From positions 2,542,024-2,606,023 of the forward strand of contig SMSO01000007.1 of the NCBI GenBank assembly GCA_004764695.1: a stretch of DNA of 64,000 nt. The letters run 5' to 3'. This DNA is from Schizochytrium sp. TIO01 (taxonomy: Eukaryota > Protista > Bigyra: Labyrinthulomycetes). Below, piece by piece: positions 52,604 to 64,000 of the stretch. The notes under the pieces were generated by a model that was given only the letters and a program-made list of their open reading frames with translations, made no database searches and was not told the origin of the DNA. Position 1 is the first letter of the stretch. Each line of letters starts with the position of its first letter. A program made the position numbers and the translations under genes.

Positions 52604-53569
52604 TCTTTGTACTATTTACTAGTATAAAGTTTTTTCTTTTCTTTTTTATAATTTTTATTGTTGGGGACTCCCGGTATATTGGATTGGATGATTTGGGTAT
52701 GAAGATCTTCTTGGATATCATACAAGGGCAGGGAGCATGGGTTGTTAGTGGGTTGGTAGATGAAACAATAGGCTAGTTTGAACTGATAACTAAGTTGATA
52801 AGGTGTTGCATAGAGTTTGTTATTGAAAGAATGGGGGGGCGTTGGAGTTGGATAGTATATTATTGGGAAGGTGATTAGGAGGGATAGAGTTTAGATAAAG
52901 AAACGCGATAGTGATGAATTAGAAAGTGAGTTTCATTAGTTCTTGCTATACTCTATACAGAGTAGGTGAGACACTGGTGGAGGTCCCTTTTTTATTTGTC
53001 AGAGGATTTGCTTTTTGAATTACTCTCTTTGAGTGACCCCCGGCGATAGCTAGACGAAGCTTGGCTTGGGAAAGTAATCTTGGTTAGCTGGGCAGAGCAA
53101 GTAAAATTTAAGCAAGGGTTAGTAAGTAACTAAGGGAAACAATAAGATTATTGAAGCTTGTTCCCTTTAAACATGATTTAAAAGCTTATAATAATGTTTC
53201 ACATAGGGTAAACTATAAGCTGGAAAAGTTAAAGGGAAATTTTTAAGGAGGACCACTGGGTAAGAAGAAGATAGATGAAAGTATAGGAAGGCGGAGAAAA
53301 AAAGAAAGAGAAAATTTATTTGTTAAAGAAAAAAAAATGAGGTTACAAGGAAAATTGCAGAACTTGGTGGAGGAAAAAATAATAATTCTTTTTAATATTT
53401 TTTTAAAATATCATTAGAGGCTCATATAGACAAAACGTTAAGGAAAGGGCGTTAAAAGTTTTTTTTAATTTAAGTAGTATGGGGAACGGGGGGTACTAGT
53501 TGATGGATAGAGGAAATAATAGTACGTTTTAAACAGAGAACTGTCGTTAGGTTATTTAAAATATTTTTA

Positions 53570-55230
53570 TGCTTTCTTTTAAATTTAAAGAATTGTTAAA
53601 AAGGTTTTTAATTTAAAAAAGAAAGTAAAAATAATGCTATTGAGGGGGTCTTTTCTCGACAAGGAGTTGATCGATGATTTTCGTTTTTGGATTACGAGCT
53701 AGGCGTCAGAGCATATGAACATGGTGACAGCACAAAAAATAAAAAACATTTTATTAATGGCTCAGAAGACCCCTACAGTATAGTAAAGACGTTTCTTTTA
53801 ACTCGGTCTTTCTTTCTCAATATACTATCACTTTGCATAAAGGGGTATTATGTCAACCCCAAGAGAAGTGAGATCCATAAAATTGATATCATTATATTGG
53901 AAATTCAATTTCGCATAGGATAGGCGTGTCGGAAATGAAAAATACGGTCGGCAATATCGAGTTTGACCCCTACGTAGTTGCCATCTTTTTATTTTCTTTT
54001 AAATCTAACTGAAGGTTTTTAATTTTTAAAAGAAAGTAAGAATAATGCTATTTAGGGGGCCTTTTCTCGACGAGGAGTTGATCGATGTTTTTCGTTTTCG
54101 GACTGCGAGCTAGGGTTCGGAAAGTATGAACATTGTGACAGGCCAAAAGTTAAAAAACATTTTATTAATGGCTCAGAAGACCCCTACAGTATAGTTAAGG
54201 CGTTTCTTTTTACTCGCTCTGTCTTTCTCAATATACTGTGACTTTGAACAAAGGGGTATTTAATCAACATCAAGCAAAGAGAGGTCCATAACAGTGGTAT
54301 CATTGGTTAGGAAATTCAATTTGGCATAGGATAGGCGTGTCAGAAATGAAAAATACGGTCGGCAATATCGAGTTTGACCCCTACGTAGTTGCCATCTTTT
54401 AATTTTCTTTTAAATCTATTTAAAGGTTTTTAATTTGAAAAAGAAAGTAAGAATAATGCTATTGTTGGGGGTCTTTTCTCGACGAGGATTTGATCGATGT
54501 TTTTCGTTTTTGGACTGCGAGCTAGGTTTTGGAATGTATGAACATTGTGACAGCCCAAAAGTTAAAAATCATTTTATTAATAGCTCAGAAGACCCCTACA
54601 TCATACTTAAGGCGTTTCTTTAAACTCAGTCTTTCTTTCTTAATATATATTATTACTTTGAACAAAGGGGTATTTTGTCAACACCAAGAATAATGAGATC
54701 CATACAAATGATATCATTAGATCTGAAATCCAATTTTGCATATGATAGGCGTGTCAGAATTGAAAAATACTCTCGGCAACATCGAGTTTGACCCCTACGT
54801 AGTTGTCATCTTTTAATTTTCTTTTAAATCGAACTGAAGGTTTTTAATTTAAAAAAGAAAGTTAGAATAAATACTATTGAGGGGGTCTTTTCTCGATGAG
54901 GAATTGATCGATCTTTTTAGTTTTAGGACTACGAGCTAGGATTCGGAAAGTATAAACCTTGTGACAGCACAAAAGTTAAAAAATATTTTATTAATGGCTC
55001 AGAAGACCCCTACATCATCCTTATAACGCTTCTTTCAACTCGCTCTGTCTTTCTCAATATACTATTACTTTGAACAAAGGGGTATTTTGTCAACACCAAG
55101 AAAAGTGAGATCCATAAAAATGGTATCACTAAATCAGAAATTCAATGTTGAATAGGATAGGCGTGTCAGAATTGAAAAACACTGTCAGCAACATTGAGTT
55201 TGACCCCTACGTAGTTGCCATATTTTAAAA
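53570..55230. repeat. Subtelomeric satellite, about 412 bp x 4
   Basis: Marker GAGTTTGACCCCTACGTAGTTG at 53959, 54370, 54784, 55196. Confidence 0.93.
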
Positions 55231-55269
55231 TTATTTAATATTTTTAATTTAACTCAGAATAAATAAAGA

Positions 55270-56845
55270 AAGACAGCTTTTCTCGACAACTACTTGAGAG
55301 ACACATGTTATTCTTGCACCATTCGATCAGCAAATTTATGGAGAGCTGTACTGTGGAAGTGCTCAAGAGGAAATCATTTTAAAATTATGAGAAAATACCC
55401 TTCCAGGTGTTTGGCAGCAGCCTCCCATTTCTTCAAAACCCCATTATCTCCACAACTACTTTATTGATCATTTAAAGATTTGGATCAGTAGAAAGCGCAA
55501 GCAATACAGAATACGGATGATGGCATGCGTGAGAAAAAACAAATCTTTGAAAGTATTTTTCGAACTTTTAAAAGAAAATATTACTCTTTTTTCATATTAT
55601 TAATAAGAGAAAAGAACTAAACTTAGTACTGTTATAACTTTCTTGATAAAATTGTAAGGTCTTTTCGACAAGCACCGCCGGGAAGTGCGTCGTTGTTACC
55701 ACAGGATAGTCATAATCGTTGCGAAAAAATATGTTTTCAAGCTTGCAAAAAGAAGCTCCAAGCGATCACTTTATAAGGCAACTGATGAATTATCGAAAGA
55801 AAGAGAGACATATTTTCTCGACAACTACTTGAAAGACACATGCTATTTTTGCACCATTAGATCAGAAAATTTATGGAGAGCTATACTATTGAAGTTTTCA
55901 AGAGGAAATCGTTCTAAAATTATGAGAAAATACCCTTCCAGGTATTTGGCAGCAGCCTCCCACTTCTTTAAAACCCCCATTATCTCCACAACTACTTTAT
56001 TGATCATTTAAAGATTTGGATCAGTAGAAAGCGCAAGCAATACAGAATACGGATGATGGCATGCGTGAGAAAAAACAAATCTTTGAAAGTATTTTTCGAA
56101 CTTTTAAAAGAAAATATTACTCTTTTTTCATATTATTAATAAGAGAAAAGAACTAAACTTAGTACTGTTATAACTTTCTTGATAAAATTGTAAGGTCTTT
56201 TCGACAAGCACCGCCGGGAAGTGCGTCGTTGTTACCACAGGATAGTCATAATCGTTGCGAAAAAATATGTTTTCAAGCTTGCAAAAAGAAGCTCCAAGCG
56301 ATCACTTTATAAGGCAACTGATGAATTATCGAAAGAAAGAGAGACATATTTTCTCGACAACTACTTGAAAGACACATGCTATTTTTGCACCATTAGATCA
56401 GAAAATTTATGGAGAGCTATACTATTGAAGTTTTCAAGAGGAAATCGTTCTAAAATTATGAGAAAATACCCTTCCAGGTATTTGGCAGCAGCCTCCCACT
56501 TCTTTAAAACCCCATTATCTCCACAACTACTTTATTGATCATTTAAAGATTTGGACCAGTAGAAAGCGCAAGCAATACAGAATACGGATTATGGCAGGAG
56601 TGCGAAAAAACAAATCTTTGAAAGTATTTTTCGAACTTTTAAAAGAAAATGTTACTCTTCTATATTATTAATAAGAGGAAAGAACTAAACTTAGTACTGT
56701 TATAACTTTCTGGATAAAATAGCTAGATCTTATTGACAGGCACCGACAGAACGTGCGTCGGTTTTACCACAGGATAGTTATAATCGTTGCGAGAAAATAT
56801 GTTTTCAAGCTTGCGAAAAGAAGCTCCTAGTTATCACTTTATTTA
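55270..56845. repeat. Subtelomeric satellite, about 536 bp x 3
   Basis: Marker TTCTCGACAACTACTTGA at about 55280, 55814, 56350; duplicated spurious ORFs at 55685 and 56221. Confidence 0.93.
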
Positions 56846-57491
56846 AACAAGCAGTTGATGGATCCTCACAAGGGACAATATTTCATTAACCACTAAAGAT
56901 ACTAATCATCAGGTGGTACCGTTGGAAAGCTGTTAAGATTTACAATAGGCGAGATGTGTTTTCTCAGGCGAAATATGTTTAAAATTTATTTTTATTGACC
57001 TTTGAATGTTATTTCTTGGTCTCTCATATTATTAATAGGGGGAGGGAACAAGTTTAGTAGTGTTGTAACTCTATGCATATAATAGACAGAACTTTGCTAC
57101 AAACACCGTCGGATAGCTGAATAATAGTTAAAGTGGGTACATTTAATTTATGAGAGAAACTCTTCTTGCAAGCCTGAGAAAAGAAGCTCTAAGTTGGCAC
57201 TCTATTTGTGAGCAGCAAAATGATTAGTATAAGGTTCATTTTCTCAACAACGGGGAAAGATATTACTCATCAGGTGGTGCCGTTGGAAAGCAGCTTTAAT
57301 TGGCAACAGGGTACATGTGTTTTCTCAGGCGAAATGTTTTTAAAATTTATTTTTACTGACCTTTGAAAGTTATTTCTTAGTCGCCCATATCATTAATAGG
57401 GAGAAAGAACTGAGTTTAGTAGTGCTCTAACTCTATGAATAGAATAGAAAGAACTTTGCTATAGGCACCTCTTGATAGAACACGAATTGAT

Positions 57492-58533
57492 TATTGTTGG
57501 GAGCTATTATCTATATAAGGTACAGCGAAGCAACAATATTCGGCTTAGTGCTAAGACCACCTTTTGGTTAAAATAATTAAAAGGTTTCTTACGTCTTGAG
57601 TTCGATTCCCGTCTCTTCTGTTTTTCTTTCCCTTTTCCCTCTACTGTGGGAAACGCTTACCCGTGTTCCCACCTAATATAAGACCTGCATATAAGAACCG
57701 AGCAACAGTCCTCGCGACAGGTTATGGGCCCAAAGTGCTTGCACTCTGGGGTAGAGCAGTGAAAAGCTTAGTCGTACCCCCCTCACAGTCAGGGGTGTCC
57801 GCCAGCTGGACATTCACAGTCATAGCTCCAGTGGTACGTACTAATAAACTTCAACTTTCACAGAAAGAACAAATCGTTTCTCACGTCCGTAAGGGGTGTA
57901 TTGTTGGGAGCTATTATCTATATAAGGTACAGCGAAGCAACAATATTCGGCTTAGTGCTAAGACCACCTTTTGGTTAAAATAATTAAAAGGTTTCTTACG
58001 TCTTGAGTTCGATTCCCGTCTCTTCTGTTTTTCTTTCCCTTTTCCCTCTACTGTGGGAAACGCTTACCCGTGTTCCCACCTAATATAAGACCTGCATATA
58101 AGAACCGAGCAACAGTCCTCGCGACAGGTTATGGGCCCAAAGTGCTTGCACTCTGGGGTAGAGCAGTGAAAAGCTTAGTCGTACCCCCCTCACAGTCAGG
58201 GGTGTCCGCCAGCTGGACATTCACAGTCATAGCTCCAGTGGTACGTACTAATAAACTTCAACTTTCACAGAAAGAACAAATCGTTTCTCACGTCCGTAAG
58301 GGGTGTATTGTTGGGAGCTATTATCTATATAAGGTACAGCGAAGCAACAATATTCGGCTTAGTGCTAAGACCACCTTTTGGTTAAAATAATTAAAAGGTT
58401 TCTTACGTCTTGAGTTCGATTCCCGTCTCTTCTGTTTTTCTTTCCCTTTTCCCTCTACTGTGGGAAACGCTTACCCGTGTTCCCACCTAATATAAGACCT
58501 GCATATAAGAACCGAGCAACAGTCCTCGCGACA
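57492..58533 (+). mobile_element. Tandem TRIM-like element: three 228-bp LTRs and two 179-bp internal regions (407-bp period)
   Basis: LTRs TATTG...CGACA at 57492-57719, 57899-58126, 58306-58533. PBS GGTTATGGGCCCA directly after the LTR; PPT AAGGGGTG directly before the next LTR. 5-bp TSD TTGAT at 57487-57491 and 58534-58538. Confidence 0.92.
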
Positions 58534-61500
58534 TTGATGAGATGCCCGAATTTAATTTATGAGAGAAAAGCTTCTTGCAAGCTTGAGAAAAGAAGCTCCA
58601 AGTTATTACTCTGTTTATTGGCAGGACAGAGAATTAATGGTTAGTATAAGATTCATTTTCTTAACAACGGGATAATATATTAATTATTGAAGTGTACCAT
58701 TGGAAAGCTGGTTGCATTTACAACAGATTGAATGTGTTTTCTCAGAAAAAATACTTTAAACATGCATTTTACTGACCTTTAAAAGTTATTTTTTTTGTCT
58801 CTCATGTTATTAATAGGGGGAAGGAACTAGGTTAGTAGTGTTGTATCTCTATAAATACAATCGACAGAGCTTTTCTACAAACACCATTCGATAGTTTATG
58901 AAGTGTTAAGATGAATGGATTTGGTTTATGAGAATAAATGTTCTTGCAAGCTGGAGAAAAAAAGCCCCAAGTTGTCACTCTATTTGTGAGCAGGATAGAG
59001 AATTGAACGGCTAGCATAAAATTCATTTTCTCAACAACGGGGAAAGATATTAATCATGGAGGGGTACCGTTGGAAAGCTGGGGCAATTTACAACAGGGTT
59101 GATGTGTTTGCTTAGCTGAAATATTCTTAAAATGTGTTTCTACTGACCTTTGAAAGATTATTTTTTGTTTCTCATATTACTAATAGGGGGAAGGAGCTGA
59201 GTTTAGTAGTGTTTGAACTCTATGAGTAGAGTAGGCAGAACTTTTCTAGAAGAATCTTTCGATAGCACATGAATTGTTGAGATGAGTGCATTTGATTTAT
59301 GAGAGAAAAGCTTCTTGCAAGCTTGAGTAAACAAGGTCCAAGTTGTTACTCTGTTTATTGGCAGGATAAAGAAAACATTTGCTACTATAAGATTCATTTT
59401 CTCAACAACGGGGAAAGATATTAATCATGGAGTGATACAGTTGGAAAGCTGTTAAGATCTGCAACAGGGTAGATGCGTTTTCTCAGAAAAAACCCTTTTA
59501 ACATATTGTTTTACTGACCTTTGAAAGTTTATTTTTGATCTCTCATATTATTAATAGGGGGAAGGAACCAAGTTTAGTAGTGGTCTAACTCTTTGAGTAG
59601 AATAAACAGAACTTTTCTACAAACACCATTCTATAGCGCATGGATTGTGGAGATGGCCGCATTCGATTTATGAGAGAAAAACGTTTTCAAGTTTGAGAAA
59701 GGAAGCTCTAAGTTGTTACTCTATTTGATAACAAAAGAAAGAATTTAAAGATTTGTACAAGATTCATTTTCTCAACAACGGGGAAATATATAAATCATGG
59801 AGTGATACCATTGGAAAGCGGTTTGAAATTACAACAGGGTAGATGTAATTTCTCAGAATTAATACTTTAAACATATAGTTTTACTGACCTTTGAAAGTTT
59901 ATTTTTGGTCTCCCATATTATTAATAGGGGGAAGGAACCAAGTTTAGTAGTGGTCTAACTCTTTGAGTAGAATAAACAGAACTTTTCTACAAACACCATT
60001 CTATAGCGCATGGATTGTGGAGATGGCCGCATTTGATTTATGAGAGAAAAACGTTTTTCAAGTTTGAGAAAAGAAGCTCTAAGTTGTTACTCTATTTGTT
60101 GGCAGGATAAAGAATAAAATGATTAGTATACGATTCATTTTCTCAATAATGAAGCAATATATTAATCATGGAGGGGTACCGTTCGAAAGCTGATGCAATT
60201 TACCACAGGGTAGATGTGTTTGCTCAGAAAAAAAAATATGACTATGTTTTATTGACTTTTGAAAGATATTTCTTTGTTTCTTATATTATTAATAGGGGAA
60301 GAAACCGAGTTTAGTAGTGTTATAACTCTATTACTAGAACAGACAGAACTTTGCTACAAGCACCATTCGATAAATCATGAAGTTTTGAGATAACCGCGTC
60401 TGATTTATGATTGAAAATATTTTTGCAAGCTTGAGAAAAGAAGGTCCAAGTTGTTACTCTATTTATAAGCAGGATAAACGGTAAATTGAATAGTATAAGA
60501 TTCAATATCTCAACAATGAGATAATATATTAATCATCGAGTGGTACCATTGGAAAGCTGCTTGAATTGACAACAGGCTAGATGTGTTTTTTCAGAAAAAA
60601 TACTTTTAACATATAGTTTTACTGACCTTTGAAAGTTTAATTTTGGTCTCTCATATTATTCATAGGGGAAAGAACCAAGTTTAGTAGTGTTCTAACTTTA
60701 TCAATAGAATAGACAGAGCTTTACTACAAGCACCATTCGATAGCTCATGAATTGTTAAGATGCGTATATTTGATTTATGAGAAAAAAAATACTTGCAAGC
60801 TTGAGAAAAGAAACTCCAAGTTGTTACTCTATTTATTAGCAAATTGAATAGTATAAGATTCAATATCTCAACAATGAGATAATGTATTAATCATTGAGTA
60901 GTACCATTGGAAAGCGGCTTGAATTTACAACAGGGTAGATGTGTTTTCTCAGAAAAATTTCTTTTAATATATAGTTTTACTGACCTTTGAAAGTTTATTT
61001 TTGGTCTCTCATATTATTAATAGGGGGAAGGAAACGAGTTTAGTAGTGTTCTAACTCTTTGAGTAGAATAAACAGAACTTTTCTACAAACACCATTCGAT
61101 AGCGCATGAATTGTGGAGATGGCCGTATTTGATTTATGAGAGAAAATCTTCTTTCAAGTGTTAGAAAAGAAGCTCTAAGTTGTTACTCTAGTTGTTGGCA
61201 AGATAAAGAATAAAATGATTAGTATAGGATTCATTTTCTCAGCAATGAAGCAATATATTAATAATGGAGTGGTGCCGTTGGAAAGCTGATGCAATTTACC
61301 ACAGGGTAGATGTGTTTGCTCAGGTGAAATATTCTTAAAATGTGTTTTTACTGACCTTTGAAAGTTTATTTTTGGTCTCTCATATTATTAATAGGGGGAA
61401 GGAACCAAGTTTAGTAGTGGTGTAACTCTTTGAGTAGAATAAACAGAACTTGTATAGAAGAACCAATCGATAGCAAATTCATTGCTGAGATGTCCGCATT

Positions 61501-62571
61501 TGAGTTATGAGAGAAGTTCTTCTTCCAAGCTTGAGAAAAGAAATTCCAAGTTCTCACTCTATTTGTGAGCAGGATAGATAATTAAATGGTTAGTATAAGA
61601 TTCATTTTCTCAACAATGGAGCAATATCTTAATCATCGAGTGGTACCGTTGTAAAGCTGCTTAAATTTACAACAGGGTAGATGTGTTGGTTCAGAAAACC
61701 TAAAATTTAAAGTATGTTTTATTGACTTTTGAAAGACATTTCTTAGTCTCCCATATTATTAATATGGAGAAAGAGCTGAGTTTAGTAGTGTTCTAACTCT
61801 ATGAATAGAATAGAAAGGACTTTGCTATAAGCATCACTCGATAACTCATTCTTGGTTAAATTGGGCGGATTTGAGTTATGAGAGAAACTGTTCTTGCAAC
61901 TTTGAGCAAAAAAGCTTCAAGTTGTCACTCTATTTGTGAGCAGCATAAAGAATCAAATGACCGGTTTAAACTAGATTTTCTTATCAACGGGGAAAGATAT
62001 TAATCATAGAGGGGTACCGTTGGAAAGCTGTTTCAATTTACAACAGGGTTGATGTGATGCTTTAGAAAAAAAGAAATTGTTATTATGTTTTTTTTAACTT
62101 TGAAAGTCATTTCTTAGTTTCTCATATTATTAATAAGGAGAAAGAGCTGAGTTTAGTAGTGTTGTAACTCTATGAAAACAGAAAACATAAATTTTCTAGA
62201 TGAATCACTCGATAGCCCATTACTTATTGAGATGACCACATTTGATTCATGAGAGAAACGCTTCTTGCAAGCTTGAGAAGAGAAGCTCTAAGTTGTGACT
62301 CTATTTGTTGGCAAGATAAAGAATAAATTAATTAGTATAAAGTTCATTTTCTCAACAATGAGATAATATATTAATCATCGAGCGGTACCGTTGGAAAGCC
62401 ACTTCAATTTGCAACAGGGGAAATGTGTTTTCTCAGGCGAAATAATTTTAAAAGTTATTTTTACTGATCTTTGAAAGTAATTCTTTGGTCTCTCATATTA
62501 ATAATAGGGAGAAAGAAACGAGTTGAGTAGTGTTCTAACTCTGTCAATAGAATAGCCAAAGCTTTCCTGTA

Positions 62572-62933
62572 TGTCAAGAGATAATCTATATATGGGACCG
62601 GGGTATACTAGGTATTGACGAGTGGTCATTAGTCACGCCTTTTTATAGCCCTTAACAGATTAAGAGTCAAATAGCTGAAACTCTAGGAGATAGAGTTGCC
62701 GTATGTTGGTCCCGGGTTCGATCCCCCCATGATGTAAGTGCCTGGAAAAAGAAGGACTTACTGGGGGGTAGGGGAGTCCTATTCCTGCTGGGATGTCGAA
62801 TCAGTCTCTAACCGAAATATGAACCTTTCGCCCAGAGAATGGGGGGGTGTCAAGAGATAATCTATATATGGGACCGGGGTATACTAGGTATTGACGAGTG
62901 GTCATTAGTCACGCCTTTTTATAGCCCTTAACA
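62572..62933 (+). mobile_element. 362-bp TRIM-like element with identical 86-bp LTRs
   Basis: LTRs TGTCAAG...CTTAACA at 62572-62657 and 62848-62933. TSD CTGTA on both sides. PPT AGAGAATGGGGGGG. PBS-position sequence GATTAAGAGTC. Confidence 0.93.
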
Positions 62934-63540
62934 CTGTAGGGATAACGTGATAGCACATAGATTGCTGAGATGCCTGCTTTTGATTTGCGAGATATAATAT
63001 ACTTTCAAGCTTGAGAAAGAAAGCTCCAAGTTGTCACTCTACTTGTCAAAAAAAAAAAAGAATTAAATGATTAGTATAATATTCCTTTTCTCAACAATGG
63101 TAAAATATATTTATCATGGAGGGGTACTGTTGGAAGGCTGGTGACATTTACAACAGGGTAGAGGTGTTGGATCAGAAAAAATTAAAATATGTTCAAGTTT
63201 TATTTGAACTTTGAAAATTATTTCTTAGTTTCTCATATTACTAATAACGCAAAAAGGCAAACTTTGTAATGTCATAACTCTATCAAACAAATAGGTAGAA
63301 CCTTTCTACAAGCACCACTACAACGCTTCACAACTCATCAACGATCAACGTTGAATTATGGTGAGAGAATAGTTTTACAAATTAGACATAAGTACTTCCA
63401 TCATATTATATACTATTCTTATTGAAATCTCCCATATCCACGAATGTCAGCAGGCGCATAAAAACTTTTTATTTTTTAAAATGAAATATTTTTTATTTTT
63501 CATTAAAATATTTTTATACTAAAACCATAATAAATATGAT

Positions 63541-64000
63541 GTAGGTAAGGTTAGGTAAGGTTAGGTAAGGTTAGGTAAGGTTAGGTAAGGTTAGGTAAGG
63601 TTAGGTAAGGTTAGGTAAGGTTAGGTAAGGTTAGGTAAGGTTAGGTAAGGTTAGGTAAGGTTAGGTAAGGTTAGGTAAGGTTAGGTAAGGTTAGGTAAGG
63701 TTAGGTAAGGTTAGGTAAGGTTAGGTTAGGTTAGGTTAGGTTAGGTTAGGTTAGGTTAGGTTAGGTTAGGTTAGGTTAGGTTAGGTTAGGTTAGGTTAGT
63801 AGGTTAGGTTAGGTTAGGTTAGGTTAGGTTAGGTTAGGTTAGGTTAGGTTAGGTTAGGTTAGGTTAGGTTAGGTTAGGTTAGGTTAGGTTAGGTTAGGTT
63901 AGGTTAGGTTAGGTTAGGTTAGGTTAGGTTAGGTTAGGTTAGGTTAGGTTAGGTTAGGTTAGGTTAGGTTAGTTAGGTTAGGTTTAGGTTAGGTTAGGTT
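63541..64000 (+). repeat. Telomere: 18 decamer units (TTAGGTAAGG), then (TTAGG)n to the window end
   Basis: Read directly; G-rich strand runs toward the end; the switch is at 63721. Confidence 0.99.

Larger units (their letters stand above)
56850..63400. repeat. Subtelomeric satellite, about 370 bp x 14, diverged, interrupted by two miniature LTR elements
   Basis: The TTGGAAAGC-type marker recurs about every 370 bp from 56922 to 63130 once the 1047-bp and 367-bp insertions (element plus TSD) are subtracted. Confidence 0.92.

Noticed and set aside
47027-52776. Short ORFs overlapping the rDNA
   Set aside because: They lie within conserved rRNA sequence.
55685-60863. Repeated 60-108 aa ORFs in the satellites and the TRIM
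   Set aside because: Non-ATG or chance starts, duplicated only because the DNA is repeated, with no protein motifs.
62658-62735. tRNA gene inside the 362-bp element
   Set aside because: Only a T-arm-like segment is present; I could not build a full cloverleaf.

Overview
This is the right-hand end of a eukaryotic chromosome, not a prokaryotic window. The 18S sequence and layout point to a thraustochytrid stramenopile (Aurantiochytrium-like; recognised from memory, no search run). From left to right: (1) about 1-24 kb of ordinary genes, including NAXD, a 3-exon COPS9/CSNAP-like microprotein, an intron-bearing bacterial-type VOC protein, TPR, RCC1-like+PAN, EGF+multi-TM, sulfotransferase and G8 proteins. 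(2) About 25-45 kb of accessory and relic DNA: Copia LTR/PBS/gag remnants, a shattered family-B DNA polymerase next to a deformylase-like ORF (probable large-DNA-virus relic), a stop-interrupted REase+kinase gene, a Fic-like ORF, and a Dada-like transposase between two 5S rRNA units. This zone also holds an 11-exon LRR gene, missed by the ORF track, built from nine 84-nt exon cassettes. The cassettes sit in near-identical introns and vary mainly at predicted ligand-facing residues; this is the best candidate for an undescribed diversifying receptor system. (3) One 18S-5.8S-28S unit transcribed toward the telomere. (4) About 10 kb of 412/536/370-bp satellites containing two TSD-flanked miniature LTR elements with half-tRNA primer sites (iMet and Lys). 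(5) A telomere of (TTAGGTAAGG)n followed by (TTAGG)n. The rDNA-satellite-telomere layout matches the LORE-TEARS architecture reported for A. limacinum.
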